From Octopus vulgaris (Eukaryota), in assembly GCA_951406725.2 (NCBI GenBank), contig OX597840.1:1798001-1862000 (forward strand): a DNA stretch of 64,000 nt. Reading direction: 5' to 3'. Both the position numbers and the translations under genes were made by a program. Numbering within the stretch: position 1 is the first letter of the stretch; each line of letters begins with the position of its first letter. The notes beneath the pieces are model-generated. The model was not told the DNA's origin, made no database searches, and worked only from the letters and a program-made list of their open reading frames with translations. This document shows, piece by piece, positions 53,746 through 64,000 of the stretch.

Positions 53746-54452
53746 TATTATATATATTATATATATATATATATATGTATGTATACATTATGTATATGAA
53801 AGAGAGAGAGCGGGTGAGACAGAGGTGAGTGAGTGGCGTTCATACACAGGACCCATTAACATATAGTAAAAAGCAATGTAACATAAACAATATTTTTTAG
53901 AGTGCGAGCAACAAAAATAAATGAAGGGAAAATTAATTATTGAACGAACAAAAGAATATATACTGCAAAATGAAGTGGAGTAAGAAGCGGAAAAGAAAGG
54001 ACAGACAACTCGGTATGAAGTAAAGGATATACAGTAAAAAAAAAAATGTAACAAAAATATAGAACTAAGATAAGGACATACAAACTAAATGGGAACAAAG
54101 ATATGTGGAAGAACAAAACTAAAATTATATACGCAACAAAAAGCAAACTTAAGATAAAGCGTTTCGCCATTGTCTTCCGCCCCGCTCTTCTGGAAAAGGA
54201 GGGGGAAAAATAGAGGAAAAAATTAAACCCGATAAAGTAGGAAAATTGGTAAGAGTAACCTAAATTTGCTGCAAGAAGGAGACTTTTTTTTGCTGGTAGT
54301 GGTATCAGTAACAAGTATTTAACATGAGGAAGAAGCGATTACATATTTGTGTGGGATTACAATGATATAAGCCACAAAATATTAAAACATCGGATAGAAT
54401 GAATATAATAAATATAAATATATTGAAACACAAATTTATATCATATCATATC

Positions 54453-54523
<71 letters not shown>

Positions 54524-54563
54524 TGCGCATATATATATATGTGTGTGTGTATGTATGTATGTA

Positions 54564-54609
<46 letters not shown>

Positions 54610-55689
54610 AATACATATACTTATATATAAATACACTTATGTATAAAATCATAGAAAAACTTATAGAAATATATAAAAAAAGAATTAAACAGCACACACA
54701 GACATATGTGCGGGTACGTATGTGAGTGTGTACAGAAATACGTCAAAATATTTCTATGTACACCCCCTTTAACGCGTAAAAAAACTGCATATACAATCGC
54801 GCACACATACATACGCCTGCGAAAGGAAACATACAATACGCTAAAGAACCACAAGAGCATAAACAATACCCGAAAATAAACGCACACAAATAAATAAAAA
54901 CAAAAACAAACGAAACACTACCAGAACCGCTACCACAACCACCCCACCCCTACTGCTACTATCATCACTATCACCGCTATTCGAACGTAAAAAACGAAAC
55001 TCCGACCCACACCAGCCCAACAAAAATTAATAAATTAACAGAGAAAATCAGCCAAAAATATTATTCATATATAAACAAAAACAATACGAAATAAAATAAA
55101 ATGAAATAAAATAAAACAAAACAATGCATGACAAAACTAACGAAGACAAGATGGCGGCCGTGTTATTTCCAGCAAATCACATGTCCACCTCTTCGCCTCC
55201 TGCTCCACGTTGTATAGCGCACCGGTGCCTCCACACCTTCCAACACAACACAGGCTCACAAAGTTTAGATACAATATTATATATCTATATAGTTCTTGGT
55301 GTTTTGTGATTAGATTTCATAGTTCTATATTTCTGTTTTAAGTCAGTAGTTTATCGGTCTGCTACAGATAAGGAATGGTTAAAAAAATAAATAAATAAAT
55401 ACGAGAAGTAAAAAAAAAAAATAAAAAATAAAAATTATAACAAAGCCTAAAAATGAATGGAAAAATTATAAATAACATACAAGAAGAACAAAGAAGAACA
55501 TACAAGCAAAAGAAAAAAAAGAAAAAAACAACTACATCAACAGCAACAGCAGCAGCAGCAGCAATATCAACGTATAAAACAATACAATAATATTAAAAAA
55601 ACTGTATATAACACCAAAAGCAACGTAGAGAAACAAAATAATAATAATAATAATAAAAAGAAGTAAATAAATAACTGAACGGAATGCTG

Positions 55690-55694
55690 TTTGC

Positions 55695-55770
<76 letters not shown>

Positions 55771-56535
55771 GAAGTTGCTTCTGTTGATAGCGATAATAAT
55801 GATGATGATGGTGATGATGATGATGACGATGATGATGATGATGATGATGATGATGCTGATGATGATGATGCTGACGAAGGCGATGACGACGATGATGATG
55901 ATGATGAGGGGGACATGATGATGATGATGGTAATGATGATGATGAGGGTGATCATGATGATGATGATGATAGGGTTGTTAATGATGATGAAGGTGATGAT
56001 GATGACGATGATGTTGACGACGGGGATGACGGTGATGATGATGATGGTGATAGTGATGACGATGATGATGATGATGATGATGATGACAACAACTATGATG
56101 ATGAGGACGACGACAAAGATAATGATAACCACGCCGGGAAAGGACGATAATGATTGTGGTGGAGATTATGGTGATGGTGACGGTTGTGGAGGGTACTGTT
56201 GGCCATGCGATGATAATGATGATGATGGGGATGATGATGATAATGAGGAGGAGGAGGAGGATGACGATCATGAGGAACACGGTGTCAGTGACGGTGTATG
56301 TGGAGGAGGTTGTGCTGGGGGTTTGTAATTATTATGATGAAGATGATGACGATAAGGATAAGGATGATGACGACGATGATAATGATGAGGAGGATGAGAA
56401 TGATGATGATTATAGCGACGATGACGATGATGACAGTAGGAGCGGGTGTTTCCGATCATGATGATGAAGACAATGATGAAATTAATGATGATGACTTAGC
56501 CGATGACGACGACGACGGCGACGATGATGATGAAT

Positions 56536-56574
<39 letters not shown>

Positions 56575-56703
56575 GTGGTGGTGATGGAGCTCATTGTTTG
56601 TGGTGGTTATTTTTGATATTGCTGTTGCTGTCGCCGTTGACCGTATTGTTATTTCAGATGTTGTTGCTATTGATATTATTATCATTATTATTATTATTAT
56701 TAC

Positions 56704-56758
<55 letters not shown>

Positions 56759-56780
56759 CTTATTATTATTATTATTAATC

Positions 56781-56841
<61 letters not shown>

Positions 56842-56846
56842 CATTA

Positions 56847-56884
<38 letters not shown>

Positions 56885-57450
56885 TATTATTATTATCATC
56901 ATTGTTATTATTATTATTATTTCTGTTACTCTTGTTGTTGTTATTGCTGTTGTTGTTGTTGTTGCTGTTGTTGTTGTTGCTGTTGTTGTTGTTGTTGTGG
57001 TGGTGGTGGTGGCGCTGGTGCTGGTGGTGGCGGCAGCGGCGGTGCTGGTATCGCTGATGTTGTTGTTATTGGTAATTCCGCGGCTTGTCAATGTTATCAA
57101 TTTCTATAGCCTGACACACGCCCAAACCCACACACACCGGCACCACACACCTACACAGCACCACGCCACGGCACACACCACCACCACCACCACCACCACC
57201 ACCCACCACCACCACCATCATACACACACTCATTCACAATCACCTCTACTAATGTCAACCGCCTCTCCTGCCTACCCCGGCATGACCGAAAAAAAACTAC
57301 TGTTTTATAATCATTACTAAGTTATCGGTTCGGTATTTAGTTGTTGTTGTTGTTGTTGTTGTTGTTGCTGTTGTTGTTATTGCTGTTGTTCTTTCGATAT
57401 TGTCTTTTGTTATGCTTGGTGTGGCTGTTGTTGTTCTTGTTATAGTTGTT
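55690..57450. repeat. Compound trinucleotide tract (GTT, GAT, GAG, ATT, GGT, CAC)
   Basis: Seen directly in the sequence. Confidence 0.9.
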
Positions 57451-57791
57451 GCAATAATACGCGGCATAATCAGCAAAGCGCTCAATATATGCGACTTCAA
57501 GTTCCAGTCGTATTATGCTTACGCTCAGTTATGGATGTTCGGTTTCGATCCTCGCATCACGATAACGTGGCGTTTGAGTTTAGTCACATTTTACGGTACA
57601 TTCGGCTAATAGTATAGTCTTCTGATGCAGCGATACTGATCAATACTTCGCGGGTGAATTTAGTCGAGGGAGACTACGCTGAAGCCTGGCCTATATATAC
57701 AGAATGGGCCATATTTCACGCGAAAATTAAGTTCAATACGATCCGGATTTGTCAATTCAATTTGTCTGAAATTCAATAAAATAGATGAATA

Positions 57792-58396
57792 GGCGGAGGA
57801 TTGGCTGTGTGGTAAGTAGCTTGCTTACGAGCCACATGGTTCCAGATTCAGTCCCACTGTGTGGAACCTTAGTTAGTTAGTTAGTTAGTTAATTTGGCTC
57901 AAAAGCAAATAGCAAGGCCATGTAGGGGGACATGGAGTTAAGTACAGGGTGGTGTTCATGTAAAGAGTTCAGGCCACTTGAGGTCAAGGGAGGCTTTGAA
58001 CAAAGCGGTCGTCGGCATCTTCAACATCTCGTCTGGCAGCTTGTTCCACGGATCCGCAACACGGACGGAGAAAGCTCCTCTCCTTCGATTGAGATGAAAT
58101 CGTCGCAGGTAGAGCTTTTCGGAATGACCCCGCAGCCGACGCTCTGGAGCAGGAGTGAAGAACAGCTCTTTCGAGAGGTTACACTTTCCGCTTATGATGT
58201 TATGGGCGAGAATGAGATCACCACGGCGGCGGCGTTTTTCTAGAGAACAAAGGTCGAGCGTTCAGCCTTTCTTCATAGGAAAAATTTTTGAGACCATGAA
58301 CCATGCGGGTAGCCAGCTTCTGGACTCTTTCGAGATGCTGTATGTCCTTGGGCAAGTGTCTTCTACTATAGCTTCGGGCCGACCAAAGACTTGTGA
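57792..58396 (+). mobile_element. SINE family A 5' half, split by a CR1 insertion
   Basis: ...GTGGAACCTT (57870) resumes as CCTTGGGCAAGTGTC (58346). Confidence 0.88.
57871..58345 (-). mobile_element. CR1-clade LINE 3' end with (TAAC)n tail
   Basis: Hand translation: DIQHLERVQKLATRMVHGLKNFSYEERL / LDLCSLEKRRRRGDLIL...RLRGHSEKL...FSVRVADPWNKLP...FKASLD; one frameshift; stop at 57956-57958. Confidence 0.92.
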
Positions 58397-58628
58397 CTAG
58401 ATAATAATGTTGATGATGATGATGATGATGATGATGATTTCATTTATTTACCACAATGACGATGGATGAGAACAGTATAGAGACAGACATATAGTCTGGG
58501 GGTTACATATAATGAATTAATAAAATTGAAAAAAGTGTAAAAATATATTCGAACCATGTTAATTGTTTTAGATGCAAAAACTAGCAGCAAAGTGTTCAGG
58601 TATCTTTAGGGCTATCTTATTCAAAAGG

Positions 58629-59017
58629 GTGGAGGCGCAATGGCCCAGTGGTTAGGGCAGTGGACTCGCGGTCATACGATCGCGGTTTCGATTCCCAGAC
58701 CGGGCGTTGTGAGTGTTTATTGAGCGAAAACACCTAAAGCTCCGCGAGGCTCCGGCAGGGGATGGTGGTGATCCCTACTGTACTCTTTCACCACAACTTT
58801 CTGTCACTCTTACTTCCTGTTTCTGTTGTACCTGTATTTCAAGGGGCCGGCCTTGTCACTCTCTGTGTCACGCTGAATATCCCCGAGAACTACGTTAAGG
58901 GTGCACGTGTTTGTGGAGTGCTCAGCCACTTACACGTTAATTTCACGAGCAGGCGGTTCCGTTGATTCGGATCAACCGGAACCCTCGTCGTCGTAACCAA
59001 CGGAGTGCTTTCATCTA
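58629..59017 (+). mobile_element. SINE family B with TSD
   Basis: TSD ATTCAAAAGG at 58619-58628 and 59018-59027. Confidence 0.93.
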
Positions 59018-60258
59018 ATTCAAAAGGCTAATGCCAACATATTTTTCCCACAGGAATACAATCTGGTGGTAAAGAGCTTTGTAGAGAAGATGAATATTCA
59101 TATGTTGAGGATCTACGTAATGTAAACATTAGCTTATTAGAAGAGAGGGGACACTGGTGGAGTAATAGTGAGAGATATTACCTAATCAAAACTTTCTAAA
59201 AAATCTATTAAGTATTTAAAAAAAGACGGTTATATGTTTAGATGGAGAGTATACAACCATTAAGAGAATATATAGTCGTTTAAGAGTTGCGAGAGACATA
59301 ATGTAATGTGGTTAAGATATTGTGAAGACGTTACGTAAAAAGATTAAAGAGGAAATCAAGAAATAGGGAGAGATGGGATAGAAAATAAATAATTGATAAT
59401 ATTGAGAGAAATAAATTAGTTGGGGGGGGGGGGAGAAATAATGGAATAAAATTATAGTCAGATCAATAAGTGATTATGGATACATGATAAAAAGTATATG
59501 TGCAGATATTAATATTATTAGTTATGATTAAGAAGAATAAGCTATTATCTATACTTATGTAACAATGGGTATGAATTAAATTAAAGGTTCTCTAATAAGA
59601 ATTCGTATATCTTTACTTGTTAAGATCTATTAATGGTGGAGGGTATACATGTAAAATAAAATTTAGAAGTACTGCATTATCGTTCAGTTGTGAAGAAAAT
59701 TTTCATTAATTATTTTAAGAAGCGATTAATGGTTTTAGGATTTGAATACACTAATAGATACTTTCAATTATGTGGAAAAACATATTAGATCGATAAAAAA
59801 AATTACATTTACTTATATGAGGAAGTAGAGGATTTGTGCAAATTAAATGAAAATATAAGGCTTACTTTTATTTTGGAAAACTTGTTCGAAATAATTTCCA
59901 CAATTAGGAACAAGGGGTTAACACTCTTTGTCTATTTCTGGTAAAGATTTTGGATAATATGATAAATAAGAAAATAGATATTTTCGGGAGATATAATAAT
60001 TATTATCATACAAGAAAAACATAAGTATATATTATGTATCAGACAGAGCCTAGATGTAGCTGCTATTAAGGTATAATTCTATGATCAAGAATATGAAGAT
60101 GTATTTAATAGTAGGGTGTAATAGTAGTGTTTGTAAGAGGAAAGACGTTGACTAGGGATTAATGTTAGTGCTAAGTTTATATATTATATAGAATGCATAT
60201 ATACTTACGAATTAAGTGGAGCCTGCAGAAAAATATGTGTAAACACTGTGGATGGTGT

Positions 60259-60300
<42 letters not shown>

Positions 60301-60672
60301 CATATTATATATAAAATCCGTTCTGTCTATAGATTCAACAGTTTCCAGCTTGATTCCAAGGATTTTTCTGATTTTCCCCCATTTTTGTGAATCATTACAC
60401 CACTTTTCTCAGTCGCAAATACCATGTGCCAATATTTTTGCTAATCATCAGTACAGTTTCTATACCTCTTATATATATATATGTTACAAAAAGAAAATAT
60501 TAAATACAGGTAGAAATGTAAGGGGAAAATATGAAAAATCAACGAAAATGCACATTGTAAATAAAAAAAGAAAAGGCTTTTTATGAAAGTTAACGACAGA
60601 TATATACATTTAGATGGACTGAGGTAGTAATAAGAGTCATAAAAGTCATTATTATAATATGTATATATATAT

Positions 60673-60973
60673 GTAGAAGCGCAATGGCCCAGTATTTAGG
60701 GCAGCGGACTCGCGGTCGTAGGATCGTGGTTTCGATTCCCAGACCGGGCATTGTGAGTGTTTATGGGGCTGAAACACCTATAGCTCCACAAGGCTCCGGC
60801 AGGGGATGGTGGCGATCCCTGCTGTACTCTTACGCCACAACTTTCTCTCACACTTTCTTCTTTTGGCCTACTCGCTTGTGGCGTCATTTGAAGGCTAAAA
60901 CAATGCGAAGCACATTGTGACCAGCGATGTGTAGCAGCATCTGATAGCCTGGTCGGTCACGTGATCACGTGAT
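60673..60973 (+). mobile_element. SINE family B, RTE-tail variant, full length
   Basis: Family B head and body followed by the GGTCGGTCACGTGATCACGTGA tail. Confidence 0.9.
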
Positions 60974-61547
60974 GTATGTATGTATATATTGTAGTGCAGC
61001 TTCTGTCTACCAAATTCACTTAAAAAGCCTTTGATGGCCGAGTAGACGACATTAGCCCAAGCTGTTAAGAATCCCGTGTCTTGGGAGAAAACTTCTTACT
61101 ACAAACCGTACTCTTTTACCCTAACGAAAGACAGGATAAGACCAGTCGACGACATCAATGTCATCAGAAGAGAAACACAACACAGAGAACAAAAGGTTCG
61201 CATCTTAGCCGGGATGATTTGAAGATGACGAGGAATAAAGGAGTCAAGTTGCTTCATAATTCCATGCAATTTGGCGTATCTCTTACATAGATAGAAAGTA
61301 TAAAGGGGCCCACTACTTGGTTCGGAAATCAATATAGGAAATTAGTTCGACGAGAACGACTGATAGACACAAACGGCAGAGCAACGTTAGATAATAAGCT
61401 CTGCCGAAGCAATCGACTGTGAATATTATCACATCAACCAAGCATAGCACAATATCGGTGATGACATCACTCGAATATTCACGTCAGTCTTTCATTCGTC
61501 TCTGATATACTGGCTCTGTACAAGTAAATACACACATCACATGTTTG

Positions 61548-61591
<44 letters not shown>

Positions 61592-61687
61592 GTATATATA
61601 TATATATATATAATATGTATATATATATATATATGTGTATATATATATGTATATATATGTATACACGTGTCTGTATACGTATGTACG

Positions 61688-61724
<37 letters not shown>

Positions 61725-63072
61725 GTCTGTATACGTATGTATACATTCATATACATACATATACATACACACACGCACATATACACACATATATATATGC
61801 TCTTATATATATATGCAGAAATATGTATCTGTGCTTGCGTGTGTATATAAAAATATAGGCTACTATCTCTCCATCTATTTATGCATGAAAGTATCTCTCT
61901 CAATCTATATGTATATATATATATTTATATACGTATTTATATATACATATATGTATATATATTTATATGTGTATGTATATATATATATATATGTATGTAT
62001 ATATATATATATACATATATGTATATATATTTATATGTGTATGTATATATACATATATGTTTTTGTATATATATATATATATATATGAGTATGGGTGTGT
62101 GTGTACATACACCATATTCACATATACGCAGAACGAAATCATATTATATAATATTGCGCAGTATATGTGTAGGCATGTGTGTACGCTTCTCTCTGTGTCC
62201 TTATACGTATGTGTTATGATATATGTGGGCGATATCACGAACAAAAAGTAAGACCACGATACGCCGAATACCACGTATATATTTATTATAACGTAACAAA
62301 TAAATATGATTAAATTCTTATAATATCTTCATATTTCACGATAAATGGTGCATTCTTTAGATGAATATGTTTCGTGCGAATGTTATTCTCTCAGATGCTG
62401 GTTTAATTTAAACTTCTCTTTATCTGTAGCATCAGGTTATCAATATCTGTTTAGGCTTTGATAAACATAAATATTATTAGAGAAAAGTATCGGTTAATGT
62501 GTTTATGCGTACAACAATCTGTGTTCGTTTGTCTAAAGGCGTGTAGCAATATTCAAACTGATTAAAATTTCGCGAGGAGATAATTCAATATTTTTCAGCA
62601 AATCGAGATATATTAACTTATCCCTTCTCCTCGTAATCCTTGTTAATTTGGAGGGTCTAATATTAATGTTTAATCGAAAAAATCTTTACGATGTTTATAT
62701 TCGCGGATACTGTGCTTCTGATATTGGATCTGCTGTAGATGTTCCTTCTTCTTCTTCTTCTTCTTCTTCTTCTTCTTCTTCTTCTTCTTCCAATCAGGAC
62801 TCACGCCATCAGCCACAAAGAAAAATCTCTAATTTGAGCCTACTCTAAGCTACTAAGAATGCGTATGGCAAGTTGGAGATCCACGCACAACACTCGATAG
62901 ACTGGCGGTTACACGGGCACGAAAGCTGCGTTGTTATCCTCATTCCGTAAACGGTGGCTTTTAACGGGTGGAGAGCTGAACCATCCTTGGGTACGGAGAA
63001 TTCATAATCTAGACTAGGATATGAAAGTTTACCACAGCATAGTGGGTTACACCATGGTTCCTCTGCTTTGTG

Positions 63073-63447
63073 ACAGAAGTAGGAAAACAGATTCAGAGAA
63101 AGTTTTGGTGAAAGAGTACAGCGGGGTTCTTCCTCACTCGCTGGAGCATCGTGGAACTTAGGTGGCTGAGCACTCCACAGACATGTATACCCTTAACGTA
63201 GTTCTCGGGGGAGATTCAGCATGACACCGTATGTGACAAGCCTGGCCCCTTGAATTAGAGAAACAGGAAGAAAGAGTGAGAGAAAGTTATGGTGAGAGAA
63301 TACAGCGGGGTTCACCCCAACCCGGAGGAGACTCGTGGAGCTTAGGTGTGTTGCTCAACAAACATTCACAATGCCCCGTCTGGGAATCGAAGCCGCGTCC
63401 TTACGACCGCGAGTCCACTGCCCTAACCACTGGGCCATTGTGCTTCC
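63073..63447 (-). mobile_element. SINE family B, old and rearranged (body segment duplicated)
   Basis: GAGAAAGTT.TGGTGA.AGA.TACAGCGGGGTTC occurs twice (about 63096 and 63280). Confidence 0.8.
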
Positions 63448-63789
63448 GCTGTGGATCTTGTTAAATAACATCTCGACAGATGCACAATTATATTGTACTG
63501 TTTTATGGGTTCCTCTGCGTTGTTTTACCTCTGTCTTTCTCTCCCTGTTTTTCTCCCGTTGATCCCTCTTCTTTGATATAAAATTCTATTTTAAGAAATC
63601 TTAATAAATAAATAATCGTTGACTTTATAGAAATCAATAAGATTGTCTTCTCTTGTTGCAGTCACTTCTAAGAAAACAAAAAGGCACATGAATATTTTAA
63701 AATTAAAAAATGCTGTGTGATTCCTCAGAATTTACTGAAATACATTATAACAATAACCAGCACCACCAGTACCACCAGAACCAGTAACA

Positions 63790-63902
63790 GTGAGGCACAA
63801 TGGCCCAGTGGTTAGGGCAGCTGACTCGTGCTTTTAAGAAGGCGGTTTCGATTCCCAGACAGGGCATTGTGAGTGTTTATTGAGCAAAAACACCTAAGCT
63901 CT
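63790..63902 (+). mobile_element. SINE family B head
   Basis: TGGCCCAGTGGTTAGGGCAG...GGTTTCGATTCCCAGAC. Confidence 0.85.
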
Positions 63903-64000
63903 AAACAAGGGGACAAACAAGGATAGACAAAGGAATTAAGTCGATTATATCGACCCCAGTGCGTATCTGGTACTTATTTAATCCACTCCGAAAGGATGAA
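63901..64000 (-). mobile_element. SINE family C 3' part, runs off the window
   Basis: Matches 43868-43970. Confidence 0.85.

Noticed and set aside
55593-57320. 214-aa and 340-aa ORFs with poly-Asp, Met, Leu and Val runs, resembling acidic biomineral proteins
   Set aside because: They are fully explained by trinucleotide tracts open in several frames on both strands, and frames shift between tracts.
59030-60240. Possible ancient LINE reverse-transcriptase relic on the minus strand
   Set aside because: Only faint motif resemblance with many stops; it cannot be supported without a profile search.

Overview
AT-rich, microsatellite-saturated eukaryotic intergenic or intronic DNA. The SINE families resemble those I recall from octopus genomes, so a coleoid cephalopod source is an inference. 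No conventional protein-coding gene is supported, and almost all ORFs in the supplied track are translated microsatellites or SINE bodies. The window holds three tRNA-derived SINE families (A: CORE-like body with an internal (TA)/(TG) tract; B: tRNA-Arg-like head with two alternative tails; C: Meta/MESC-domain type). It also holds 3' ends of two RTE LINEs and one CR1 LINE, maT (DD37D) and mariner transposase relics, several MITEs, Helitron-like ends, and a 160-bp tandem array inside a 2.4-kb polypurine tract. The main hidden signal is about 14 type I hammerhead-ribozyme (HHR) motifs in about 10 unrelated short elements. Most of these elements lie in (TA)n tracts and are built as inverted or palindromic units, and one follows a Penelope-type GIY-YIG endonuclease frame missed by the ORF track. 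The set includes U3:A8, U4C and A6U core variants and a candidate tRNA-headed SINE carrying a Penelope-type hammerhead tail. All structures were read by eye; none was folded computationally or searched against databases.
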